Below, one piece after another: positions 25,850 to 35,354 of a DNA stretch of 64,000 nucleotides (position 1 is the stretch's first letter; the number at the start of each line of letters is the position of its first letter). This DNA comes from an uncultured Gemmatimonadaceae bacterium (GTDB lineage Bacteria > Gemmatimonadota > Gemmatimonadetes > Gemmatimonadales > Gemmatimonadaceae), in contig CAWGJO010000004.1 in the NCBI GenBank assembly GCA_963822945.1, positions 64,001-128,000 on the forward strand, written 5' to 3'. The notes below the pieces were generated by a model. That model had not been told where the DNA came from and searched no databases. It was given only the letters and a program-made list of their open reading frames with translations. Made by a program: the position numbers and the translations under genes.

Positions 25850-27226
25850 ATGTCCCTCATCGATCCCAGTGACCCGCGCCCCGTCCACTTCGTGGGCATC
25901 GCCGGCGCCGGCATGCGCGCACTGGCCGAACTGCTCAGCAGACGCGGGGTGCGGGTCACCGGTTGCGACGCCGTCGCCGACGACGTGGGCGATCTGCGCG
26001 CCGCCGGCATCGAGGTGTTGACTGGGCACGACCCATCGCACGTGCAGGGCGCGCGCGCCCTCGTGGTCACCTCCGCCATGCCGCCGGCGCATCCCGAACT
26101 GGAGCGCGCGCGCTCGGTCGGGTGCCCGGTGATCCGGCGCGCCGAAGCGCTGGGCGAGGCCACCGCCGGCGCGGAACTCGTGGCGGTGGCCGGGACCCAC
26201 GGCAAGTCCACGACCACGGTCATGGCAACGGAAGCGCTGGCGGCGGCGGGGCTCGATCCGACGGCGCTCGTGGGCGCGCGGGTGACCGGTTGGCGCGGCA
26301 ACCTCCGCCCCGGCGGCACCACGTTGTACGTGGTGGAGGCCGACGAGTACGACCGGTCGTTCCTCGCCCTGTCGCCCACCGTCGCCGTGATCACGAACAT
26401 CGAAGCCGACCACCTGGACATCTACCGCGACCTGGACGACATCCGCGGCGCGTTCGCGCAGTTCGCGTCGGGCGCGCGCGCGGTGGTGGTCTCCGCCGAC
26501 GACGAGGTGGCCACCGGGCTGCCGCTGCCGGCGTCGGCCGACGTGGTGCGATTCGGTATCCGCTCCGCGAACGCGCGACTCCGCGCCGCCGACGTGCGGG
26601 CGGAGGACGGCGGTACCCGGTTCGAGGTGCGGTTCGACGGCACGCGCGTGGGGCAGGTTCACCTGCGGGTACCGGGAACGCACAACGTGCTCAATGCCCT
26701 TGCCGCGCTCGGCGCCGGACTGGCCGAGGGGCGCACGGTGGTCGAGATGGCGCCCGGGCTCGAAGCGTTCGGCGGCGTGGAGCGCCGCTTCCAGCGCGTG
26801 GGCGATGCCGCCGGTGTTGCGGTGGTGGACGACTACGCCCACCACCCCACGGAGATCGCGGCCACGATCGCCGCGGCGCGCGAGGCATTTCCGGGGCGGC
26901 GGCTCGTCGTGGCGTTCCAGCCGCATCTCTACTCGCGCACGCGCGACTTCGCGCCGGCCTTCGCCGCGGCGCTCGCCGGGGCCGACGTCATCTTCCTGGC
27001 CGACATCTATCCGGCGCGCGAGCAACCGATGCCCGGCGTGTCGGCGGACCTGATCGCGGACCAGCTCGGTGCGGCGCGCCACCGTCTGCAATGGCGCGGC
27101 GCGCGGAGCGACATGGCGGAGGCGCTCGCGGCCTCGGTGCGCGAGGGCGACGTGGTGCTCACGATGGGCGCGGGCGACGTGACCCGGGTCGGGCCGGCCC
27201 TCGTGGAACGGCTGGGCGGCCGGTGA
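25850..27226 (+). CDS. murC: UDP-MurNAc--L-alanine ligase MurC
   Basis: HFVGIAGAGM, AGTHGKSTTT, EADEYDRSF, TNIEADHLD, DDYAHHPTE, FQPHLYSRT, MGAGDV. Confidence 0.96.
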   Translation: MSLIDPSDPRPVHFVGIAGAGMRALAELLSRRGVRVTGCDAVADDVGDLRAAGIEVLTGHDPSHVQGARALVVTSAMPPAHPELERARSVGCPVIRRAEALGEATAGAELVAVAGTHGKSTTTVMATEALAAAGLDPTALVGARVTGWRGNLRPGGTTLYVVEADEYDRSFLALSPTVAVITNIEADHLDIYRDLDDIRGAFAQFASGARAVVVSADDEVATGLPLPASADVVRFGIRSANARLRAADVRAEDGGTRFEVRFDGTRVGQVHLRVPGTHNVLNALAALGAGLAEGRTVVEMAPGLEAFGGVERRFQRVGDAAGVAVVDDYAHHPTEIAATIAAAREAFPGRRLVVAFQPHLYSRTRDFAPAFAAALAGADVIFLADIYPAREQPMPGVSADLIADQLGAARHRLQWRGARSDMAEALAASVREGDVVLTMGAGDVTRVGPALVERLGGR

Positions 27227-27966
27227 GCGCGCGGCGCGCCGGTGCGGCGGGCGCGGAGTCCCCGCACGCCGGGGGCGAGGCGTCCGGCCGCCGGCGGCGC
27301 TGGAAGCGGATCGGGTACGTCGTGCTCGCGCTGTGTGTGCTGGCGTCGCCCTGGTGGGGACCGCCGCTGCTGTCGCAGCTGGCCTTCTTCCGCGTGCGCC
27401 ACGTGGAAGTGGTGGGAGCGCGCTACACGTCGCCGCGTGACATTCTCCGTGCGTTGCACGTCGATACCACGGCGTCGGTGTGGATCGAGCCGGGTCCCCT
27501 GGAAAAGCGGGTGGAGCAGTTGCCGGAGGTGCGCCGGGCCGTGATTCGGCGTAAGCTTCCGGGGACGCTCGTCGTCGCCGTTACCGAACGGGTGCCGGTG
27601 GCGCTGGTGCCGACGCCGCAGGGACTTCGACCGTACGACGCGGCGGGGATGCCGCTGCCGATCGATCCATCGCGCTCGCACGTGGATGTGCCGATCGTGA
27701 CGCCCCGCGACACGGCAGCCCTGCGCCTGTTGGGCGCCCTGCGGCGGCAGGCGCCGGAGTTGTACCAGCGCGTGAGTGAAGTGCGGCGGGTGGGAGACGA
27801 GTTGGATCTCTCGCTCAGTTCGTTCCTCGTTCGCGCGATGGCCGATGTGACCGTTCGCCGTCTGGAAGACGTGGAACCGGTGGCGCGGGACCTCGCCAAC
27901 CGCCGGCTCTCCGTTGCCGAGCTGGATCTCCGCTACCGTGACCAAGTGATCGCCCGACTCAAATGA
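27223..27966 (+). CDS. ftsQ: Cell division protein FtsQ/DivIB
   Basis: GTGA overlap. One TM, POTRA (FRVRHVEVVG..LEKRVEQLPEVRRAVIRRKLPGTLVVAVTERVPVA), C-terminal DLRYRDQV. Lies between murC and ftsA. Confidence 0.88.
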   Translation: MSARRAGAAGAESPHAGGEASGRRRRWKRIGYVVLALCVLASPWWGPPLLSQLAFFRVRHVEVVGARYTSPRDILRALHVDTTASVWIEPGPLEKRVEQLPEVRRAVIRRKLPGTLVVAVTERVPVALVPTPQGLRPYDAAGMPLPIDPSRSHVDVPIVTPRDTAALRLLGALRRQAPELYQRVSEVRRVGDELDLSLSSFLVRAMADVTVRRLEDVEPVARDLANRRLSVAELDLRYRDQVIARLK

Positions 27967-29219
27967 ACGCAGACAATCTCGTTGCCGGTCTCGACATCGG
28001 CTCCGCCAAGACCACCGCCATCATCGCCGAAGTCGTCGGCGATCTGCCGCGGCATCCCTCCATCAAGGTGCTCGGGGTGGGGCAGACCCGCACCACCGGC
28101 ATGCGGCGCGGCGTCGTGTCCGACATCGAGGAGACGACGCGATCGATCCGCAAAGCCCTCCAGGACGCCGAACGGATGGCCGGCGTCCAGGTACAGGAGG
28201 TGTACGCGGGGATCGCCGGCGAACACGTGCAGGCGATGACCAGCAAGGGCATCGTGGCCGTGTCGGGCGACGAGATCACGCGCGCCGACGTGGAGCGCGC
28301 CAACGAGGTCGCGCGGGCCCAGGCCATTCCGCAGGATCGCGAGCTGCTGCACGCCATCCCGCAGGAATACACGGTGGACAAGAACACCGGCATCCGCGAT
28401 CCCGTCGGCATGAGCGGGATGCGGCTGGAAGTCGAGATGTACCTGGTGACCATCGGCAGCTCGCCGGCCGTCAATCTCCGCAAGAGCGTGGAGCGGGCCG
28501 GCTACAAGGTGCGCGACCTGGTGCTGGAGCCGCTCGCGAGCGCGCTCGCCGTGCTGACGGAGGACGAGAAGGAACTGGGCGTCGGGCTCGTGGAAATGGG
28601 CGCCGGCACCACGGACATCGCGCTGTTCCACGAGGGGAAGATCCGGCATCTGGGCACCGTGCCCTTCGGTGGGAACAACGTCACCAACGACATCGTGCAC
28701 GGGCTGGGCGTGACCCAGTCGGACGCCGAGCGGCTCAAGGAGCGCTACGGCAGCGCCTACGAGCCGCTGGTCGATCCGCAGGACATCATCCAGCTCCCGA
28801 GCACCGTGGCCCAGGGCGAACGGCAGATCCCCCGCGAACTGCTGGCCCACATCATCCACCAGCGCATGGACGAGATCTTCGACCTGGTGCAGCACGACAT
28901 CGCCGGCGCGGGGTACGCCAACCGTTTGAGCGCCGGGATCGTGCTCACCGGGGGCGCGGCAGCCATGGAGGGGTCGGGCGAGCTGGCGGCCGACGTGTTC
29001 GGGACCGGGGTGCGCGTGGCCTCCCCGGCGGAGAACCTCGGCGGCCTGAGCGACTCGGTGGAAGCACCCCGGTTCGCGACGGTGGTCGGGCTCGCCCAGT
29101 TCGGCGCCACCCGGCTCGCACTCGGGGCGTCGTCCACGGCGCGTCGCGTGTCGGTGGGAGGGGCCGGGGTGGAGAAATGGGTCCAGCGGCTCAAGTACTG
29201 GCTGCAGGACTTCTTCTGA
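27963..29219 (+). CDS. ftsA: Cell division protein FtsA
   Basis: AGLDIGSAK, GMRRGVVSDI, DPVGMSGMRLE, EMGAGTT, GGNNVTNDI, AERLK, GIVLTGG, amphipathic C-terminus KWVQRLKYWLQDFF. Confidence 0.97.
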   Translation: MNADNLVAGLDIGSAKTTAIIAEVVGDLPRHPSIKVLGVGQTRTTGMRRGVVSDIEETTRSIRKALQDAERMAGVQVQEVYAGIAGEHVQAMTSKGIVAVSGDEITRADVERANEVARAQAIPQDRELLHAIPQEYTVDKNTGIRDPVGMSGMRLEVEMYLVTIGSSPAVNLRKSVERAGYKVRDLVLEPLASALAVLTEDEKELGVGLVEMGAGTTDIALFHEGKIRHLGTVPFGGNNVTNDIVHGLGVTQSDAERLKERYGSAYEPLVDPQDIIQLPSTVAQGERQIPRELLAHIIHQRMDEIFDLVQHDIAGAGYANRLSAGIVLTGGAAAMEGSGELAADVFGTGVRVASPAENLGGLSDSVEAPRFATVVGLAQFGATRLALGASSTARRVSVGGAGVEKWVQRLKYWLQDFF

Positions 29220-29248
29220 TTCTTCCCGGCAGTCGGCCGGTCGGCCAG

Positions 29249-29786
29249 TCAGCCTGCCGGACGGTCGAACAGCGACGGGGCGGCACTGCCCAGGATCCGC
29301 TGTTCGTGCTCCAGCAGCCAGCGCTTTCGTTCGATTCCGCCCCCGAACCCCGTGAGCGAGCCGTTGGCGCCCACTACCCGGTGGCAGGGCACCACGATCG
29401 AGATCGGATTCCGGCCGTTGGCCGCGCCCACGGCGCGGGCGGCTCCGGGGTTGCCCAGCCGGCGGGCGAGCTCCCCGTATGAGGTGAGCTGCCCGAAGGG
29501 GATGCGCCGGAGTTCTGCCCACACGCGAAGCTGAAAGGGTGTGCCGAGCGGATCCAAGGGCAGATCGAACTGCGTGCATTCACCGCTGAAATAGGCGGGT
29601 CAACTGCTCGCGGGTGCGTGCCAAGATGCTGGATGCCGGGTTGCGGCCGTCATCGCGCGTCCAGGCGGCACGCGCCGTGTCCGCGGGGGCGTGTCGGTGT
29701 TGCGCGAAGTAGACGGCGGCGAGCCCGTGATCGCTGGCTGCGAGGGTCAACTCGCCGACTGGGCTGGGCATGGTGACGAAGTGCAT
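29249..29786 (-). CDS. ogt: Methylated-DNA--protein-cysteine methyltransferase Ogt (one frameshift near 29598)
   Basis: N-part [21 protein letters not shown]-part [41 protein letters not shown]. Removing one G from ggg 29597-29599 restores [21 protein letters not shown]. Confidence 0.9.
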
Positions 29787-29855
29787 CGTGCCGGTGAAGG
29801 TAGGGGCGGACGGCGTGAAAAATCCACATCAAAAACCTGCTGTCGCATCATCGTC

Positions 29856-29864
29856 TGTGGATAA
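29856..29864 (-). promoter_or_regulatory. Consensus DnaA box (TTATCCACA on - strand)
   Basis: TGTGGATAA at 29856-29864 in the ogt/ftsZ divergent intergenic region. A 7/9 box, AAATCCACA, lies at 29820-29828 in the opposite orientation. Confidence 0.6.
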
Positions 29865-30061
29865 GAAGCACGTGCTCTTTCACCGCATCCCTCGTCCTAG
29901 ATGCGGGGGTAGTCGCAAGCGGTAAAAGCATTATATTGCCGCAACTGATTACACCACTGTGGCGTGCGACATTCCGACACGCCCGGTTCCCGGTCCCGTC
30001 CGGCGATCGGCAGGGTGAACGCCGACCGTTCCCACCTCGCAAGTGCGGGAGTTCCACTCGC

Positions 30062-31249
30062 ATGGTCTTCGAGTTCGAGGAAAACGCGACTCAACACGCC
30101 CGGATGAAGGTCGTGGGCGTTGGCGGCGGCGGTGGCAACGCCGTCAATCGCATGATCGAGGAACGCCTCGAGTATGTCGAGTTCATCTCCGTCAATACCG
30201 ACAATCAGGCCCTGCTGAACTCGAAGTCGGACATGAAGGTTCAGATCGGCAAGAAGCTGACGCGCGGGCTGGGCGCAGGGGCTCGTCCGGAGATCGGACG
30301 CCAGGCGATCGAGGAGAATCGGGAAGAGGTGGCCGCGACGCTGCAGGGCGCGGACCTGGTGTTCATCACCTGCGGCATGGGTGGCGGCACGGGTACCGGC
30401 GCGGCGCCGGTGGTGGCAGAGCTGGCGCGTGCGGCGGGCGCCCTGACCGTGGGCATCGTGACCAAGCCCTTCCTGTTCGAGGGACGGAAGCGGATGCGGC
30501 AGGCCGAGCAGGGCATCGCCGAGATGCGCAAGAACGTGGATACCATGATCGTGGTCCCCAACGAGCGGCTGCTGGCCGTGGTGGGCAAGGGGATTCCGTT
30601 TCAGGATGCGCTGAAGAAGGCCGACGAGGTGCTGCTGCACGCCACGCAGGGCATCAGCACGCTGATCACCAAGCCGGGCCTGGTGAACGTGGACTTCGCC
30701 GATGTGCGCACGGTGATGCGCGAGGGCGGGTCGGCGCTCATGGGCACGGGCGTGGGCCGCGGCGAGAACCGCTCCATGGAAGCGGCGCAGCAGGCCATCT
30801 CGAGCCCGCTGCTCGACAACGTGTCGATCTCCGGGTCGCGCGGCGTGCTGCTCAACATCACCGGCGGCGGCGATCTCACGCTGGGTGAGGTGACCCAGAT
30901 CAGTGACATCGTCCACGACGCGGCGGGTGACGACGCCGAGATCATCTTCGGTGCGGTGCACGAGCCCGCGATGCAGGGTGAGCTGCGGGTGACCGTCATC
31001 GCCACCGGGTTCGACAAGACGGTGGCCACCGGACTCACGCCGGCACACGACCTCAAGGGTGCGCCGGTCATTCCGTTCCCGAGAGTGCGGCCCGGGCGCG
31101 CCGGCGCGGCGCCGATGCGCAGCACGGGGGGCGCGCCGGCCGATCAGTCTCGGCAGGCCCGGCCCGCGGAGCCGGACGACAAGGAGAAGGGGCCGGGCGA
31201 TCTCAGCGACATGGAGATCCCGACCTTCATCCGGAGGCAGATGGATTGA
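30062..31249 (+). CDS. ftsZ: Cell division protein FtsZ
   Basis: [30 protein letters not shown] tubulin signature, NVDFAD, C-terminal [13 protein letters not shown]. Confidence 0.98.
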   Translation: MVFEFEENATQHARMKVVGVGGGGGNAVNRMIEERLEYVEFISVNTDNQALLNSKSDMKVQIGKKLTRGLGAGARPEIGRQAIEENREEVAATLQGADLVFITCGMGGGTGTGAAPVVAELARAAGALTVGIVTKPFLFEGRKRMRQAEQGIAEMRKNVDTMIVVPNERLLAVVGKGIPFQDALKKADEVLLHATQGISTLITKPGLVNVDFADVRTVMREGGSALMGTGVGRGENRSMEAAQQAISSPLLDNVSISGSRGVLLNITGGGDLTLGEVTQISDIVHDAAGDDAEIIFGAVHEPAMQGELRVTVIATGFDKTVATGLTPAHDLKGAPVIPFPRVRPGRAGAAPMRSTGGAPADQSRQARPAEPDDKEKGPGDLSDMEIPTFIRRQMD

Positions 31250-32517
31250 CGGTTCGCGGCGCGCGCGTCATCACCTATCTGGTGGTGGCCCTTCTTGCTT
31301 TCGTCGCCATTCGCGTGACGACTCCGGTGGCCTCGGCCGGCGGCCAGGTGGTGCCGCGGGATACGCTGCCGACGCCCAGCTGGGATCTCTCGTACGACAG
31401 CGTGGCGCGCGGTGAGACGCTCATCAATGCCCTCGTGCGCGGCGGGCTGAGCGACACGGCAGCGGGCAGCGTGGTGCGCGCGGCCATCCCGGCCATCGAT
31501 CCGCGGCGGATTCCCGTGGGGCTGCCGGTGGCGGTTCTCCACGCGGCCCCCACCGATTCGCAGCCGGTGGAGGTGGTGGTGGAACTCGCCACCGATCACT
31601 ACCTGCATCTGACCCGCGATTCCAGCGGATGGAAGGAGCGCGACGAGCGCCTGCCGTGGAAGACCGACACGATCGCCATCCAGGGCACGATCCACACCAA
31701 TCTCTACCAGGCGATGTACGCGGCGGCTGACAGCGCGTTGCCCCGCGACGCGCAGAACGCGCTCGTGGTGAAGCTCGCCGACGACGTGTACGAGTATCGG
31801 GTGGACATGAGCCGCGATCTGCAGGACGGCGACACCTTCCGCGTGCTGGCCGAGCGGAGCACGCTGGCCAACGGCGTCGTGAAGATCGGTGACATCGTGG
31901 CGGCGCAGTTGAATCTGTCGGGCACCGAGATCGACGCCGTGCACTTCACCGACGACAAACTGGCCGGCAATTACTTCGATCAGAACGGCCGCTCGCTCAA
32001 GGCGGCGTTCCTGCGCGTGCCGCTGAAGTTCAAGTACATCACCAGCGGGTTCGGCGAGCGGTTCCATCCGATCCTCAAGCGCTGGCGCGAGCACAAGGGC
32101 ATCGACTACGCCGCCAACGCGGGCACTCCGGTGCGCGCCATCGGGGCCGGCGTCGTGGTGCGCGCCGGCGTGGCGAGCGGCTATGGCAATCTCATCGAGA
32201 TTCGCCACGCCAACGGATTCTCGTCGCGCTACGGACACCTGCGCGGCTTCGCCCGGGGCATCCACGCCGGCGCGCATGTGGACATCGGCCAGACCATCGG
32301 CTACGTCGGGATGACGGGGCTGGCCACCGGGCCGCACCTGCATTTCGAGTTCCTGGTGCATGGCGTGCAGCGCAATCCGCGCGTGGCGCTCAGGAACGTG
32401 GGTGGCGATCCCATCCCCAAGGCGCTCATGGCGTCGTTCGATTCGCTGCGCAACCGGCTGATCGGCGCCATGGTGGCCAGCACGGGACGAGTGACGACCG
32501 TCGCGGTCGGTCAGTAG
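31246..32517 (+). CDS. M23 family peptidoglycan DD-endopeptidase (MepM-like)
   Basis: N-terminal TM/signal. FLRVPL..ITSGFG.RFHPI..HKGIDY (HxxxD), [15 protein letters not shown] (HxH). TTG start overlaps the ftsZ stop. Confidence 0.9.
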   Translation: MTVRGARVITYLVVALLAFVAIRVTTPVASAGGQVVPRDTLPTPSWDLSYDSVARGETLINALVRGGLSDTAAGSVVRAAIPAIDPRRIPVGLPVAVLHAAPTDSQPVEVVVELATDHYLHLTRDSSGWKERDERLPWKTDTIAIQGTIHTNLYQAMYAAADSALPRDAQNALVVKLADDVYEYRVDMSRDLQDGDTFRVLAERSTLANGVVKIGDIVAAQLNLSGTEIDAVHFTDDKLAGNYFDQNGRSLKAAFLRVPLKFKYITSGFGERFHPILKRWREHKGIDYAANAGTPVRAIGAGVVVRAGVASGYGNLIEIRHANGFSSRYGHLRGFARGIHAGAHVDIGQTIGYVGMTGLATGPHLHFEFLVHGVQRNPRVALRNVGGDPIPKALMASFDSLRNRLIGAMVASTGRVTTVAVGQ

Positions 32518-32562
32518 TCTCGGCGCGCCCGAGCGGCGCCCACCACGGGGCGAGGGCCCACG

Positions 32563-34384
32563 ATGCTCTGGCTGATCTCGCTGCTTGCCGGCCTCGCCGG
32601 CGCGCTCCTGCAGTACGGCTGGGCGGGGTGGGGAAGCCGGAGCGCGTTCAAGCAGGCCGCCGCCGCGCCACTGCCCGCGTTGCTGCGCGCCGCCGCGTTC
32701 GCCCTGGTGGTGGCCCTGCTGCTGAACGCGCCGGCGGGGCGGTCGCGCGTGGCCCCGCCGTGGGTGGCGTTGGACGCGTCCCTGAGCATGTCCCGGGGGA
32801 ACGATCCGGCGGTGTGGCATGCTGCGGTCGACTCCGCACGCGCCGTCCACGCCGACTCGATCTTCCTGTTCGGCGACTCGCTGCGCGCGGCCAACCCACC
32901 CGCGCAGCCTGCCGATCTGCACTCGAACGTTGACGCCGTGGTGCAACGGGCGCTCGCCACGGGCCGCCGCGTGGTCGTCGTGACGGACGGCGAGTTGCCA
33001 CAGGCCGCCGAACTCCGCCAGCTTCCCGCCGGGTCGCGCGTGATCGTGGTGCCGCACGTCCGGGCGCCCGACGCCGCGGCGGTGAATCTGGACGCACCGC
33101 GGGCCGTGGTGTCGGGCGACACCACGGAGATCCGGCTCACCGTGGGTGCCGGCGCCGGCGGGGCCGGGGGCGGCATCGTGCGCTTCTTCCTCGACGGGCG
33201 TCCGCTCGGCACGGGCCGCTTCGATTCCCTCGGCGCGTTCGCCGAGCAGGACGTGACGCTCCGAACGGCGATCGTGGCGCCCGAGGGGCCGGCGGAGCTG
33301 CGCGCCGTGGTGGTGGCCGCGACGGATGCGGAGCCGCGCAACGACTCCCTTGGCATGGGAATCGACCTGTCGCGACAGCCGGGCGCGGTGTTCGTGTCCA
33401 CGTCGCCCGATTACGACGCACGCTATGCGCTCGCGGTGCTGCGGGGGGCGCTGGCGCTCCCCACCCGCGCCTTCTACCATCTGTCGCCCGGGAACTGGCG
33501 GGTGGATGGCAGCTACGCGCCGATCACCGAAGCCCAGGTGCGCGCCGCGTTCCGCGATGCGCCGGTGGCGATCCTGCACGGTGACACGGCGGCGTTCGGT
33601 CCACCGCGCCAGGCCACGCGGGCGCCGCTGGCGCTCATCGTGCCGTCGGCGGGGGACGGGCACGAGTGGTACGTGAACGCGGCCCCCGTGTCGCCGCTCA
33701 GCGCCGCGCTCGCCGGCCTGCCGTGGGATTCGCTGCCGCCCCTGCTCGTGGGTGGCGGACCGGAGCCCAAGGGGCAGTGGCGCGCGCTCGACGCCCGGCG
33801 CGGACGCGAGGCGCTCACCCGGACGATCGTCGCCGGTGACGACGCCCCGCGGCGCGTGGTGGTGGTGGCCGCCTCCGACCTGTGGCGATGGGAGTTCCGC
33901 GGCGGCCCGTCGGCCGACGCGTTCACCGCGCTCTGGGGGAGCATCTTCGACTATCTCGCGTCGCAGCGCGCCGACCGGCGGGCTGCCGTGCCCGACGCGG
34001 GCGTGCTGCGCGCCGGGGACGCCGTCGCGTGGCGGCGCGGTGCATCGGGAGACAGCGACGTGGCCGTCGCACTCCAGCGGCCGCGAGGGCCGAGGTGTGG
34101 ACACCCTGCGGTTGCGCTTTCCGGCCGGAGCCGCGGCCGTGCGCTCGGCGCCGCTGCCGCCGGGGCGATACGCGGCGCGTATGGCCGGCGGCAGCGCCGT
34201 GCTGGTGGTGAATGCGGCCGAGGAACTCGTGCCGCGCGCGCCGGCCATCCGGTCGGGGCGCATCGGCGGGACGCCGCCGCGCGGAGCGGCGCCGGGGGCG
34301 CGTGACGCGGGCTGGATCTATGCGCTGCTCGTGCTGCTCCTGTGCGCGGAGTGGCTGTTGCGCCGCCGCGCGGGAATGCGATGA
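32563..34384 (+). CDS. Membrane-anchored vWA-like domain protein (frameshift near 34081)
   Basis: N-terminal TMs, MIDAS-like LDASLSM and VVTDG, Ig-like middle region. C-terminal TM WIYALLVLLLCAEWLLRRR is in the shifted frame. Confidence 0.65.
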
Positions 34385-34417
34385 TGCCCCGGGACCGCCA
34401 CCGTTAGATTCTCTGCC

Positions 34418-35353
34418 ATGCCCCGCCTCCTCCGAAAATCCGGCGATACCCCCCGGCGCACGTTCTGGCAGCGCGTCAAGGACGTGGCGCTGCGCGACGT
34501 GGGCGTCATGGTGCGGGGCGGCGTCAAGCAGGGATCGCTGGAGCAGCTCGAGGAATTGCTGCTCGAGGCCGACTTCGGCGTACCGGTGACCCTGCGCCTC
34601 GTGGCGGCGGTCGAGGACCGGGCCAAGCGCGGCCAGGTGAAGAGCGAAGAGGAATTCCGGCTGGCCCTGGCCGAGGGCGTGGAGGGCGCGCTGCGGGCGG
34701 GGAACAGCGATCCGGCGCTCGCGCTGCCCGCCGCGCGGCCGGCCGTCGTGCTGATCATCGGGGTGAACGGCGCCGGCAAGACGACGTTCATCGGCAAGCT
34801 GGCGGCGAAGCTGCGTGGGGAGGGCAAGCGGGTGATGGTGGCGGCGGGGGATACCTTCCGGGCCGGCGCCATCGATCAGCTCCGCGTGTGGGCCGATCGC
34901 ACGGGGGCGGAGTTCGTGGGAGCGCAGCCGGGGGCCGATCCCGCCGCCGTGGCGTTCGACGCGATCGACGCTGCCGTGGCGCGCGGCGTGGACGTGCTGA
35001 TCGTCGATACGGCGGGGCGGCTGCACACGAGCGGCGGCCTGATGGACGAGCTGCGCAAGGTGGCGCGCGTCATCGGCAAGCGGTTGGAGGGCGCGCCGCA
35101 CGAAACGCTGCTCGTGCTCGACGGAACGATCGGGCAGAACGCGGTGGCCCAGGCGCGCACGTTCACGGCCGCGGTGCCGGTGACGGGGTTGGTGGTCACG
35201 AAGCTCGATGGCACGGCGCGGGGCGGGGTGGTGGTGGCGGTGCACGAAGCCATCGACGTGCCGGTGAAGTTCCTCGGCGTGGGCGAAGCGGCCGAGGATC
35301 TCGAGCCGTTCGATCCTGCGGAGTTCGCGCGGGAGCTGTTGAGCGACGAGTAG
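34418..35353 (+). CDS. ftsY: SRP receptor FtsY (NG domain only)
   Basis: LEELLLEADFG, GVNGAGKTTFIGKLA, DTFRAGA, DTAGRL, TKLDGTARGG, GVGE..DLEPF. Confidence 0.96.
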   Translation: MPRLLRKSGDTPRRTFWQRVKDVALRDVGVMVRGGVKQGSLEQLEELLLEADFGVPVTLRLVAAVEDRAKRGQVKSEEEFRLALAEGVEGALRAGNSDPALALPAARPAVVLIIGVNGAGKTTFIGKLAAKLRGEGKRVMVAAGDTFRAGAIDQLRVWADRTGAEFVGAQPGADPAAVAFDAIDAAVARGVDVLIVDTAGRLHTSGGLMDELRKVARVIGKRLEGAPHETLLVLDGTIGQNAVAQARTFTAAVPVTGLVVTKLDGTARGGVVVAVHEAIDVPVKFLGVGEAAEDLEPFDPAEFARELLSDE

Positions 35354-35354
35354 C

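Noticed and set aside
29790..30060. Possible oriC
   Set aside because: Only one perfect and one degenerate DnaA box, no box cluster or long AT-rich unwinding element, and no dnaA/gidA context. A transcriptional site is more plausible.
31144..34263. 1039-aa minus-strand ORF, and similar long antisense ORFs such as 44269-47445, 17485-19497, 4404-6389 and 12802-14583
   Set aside because: Shadow ORFs of high-GC coding DNA. They overlap well-supported + strand genes and have Arg/Gly/His-biased, motif-free translations.
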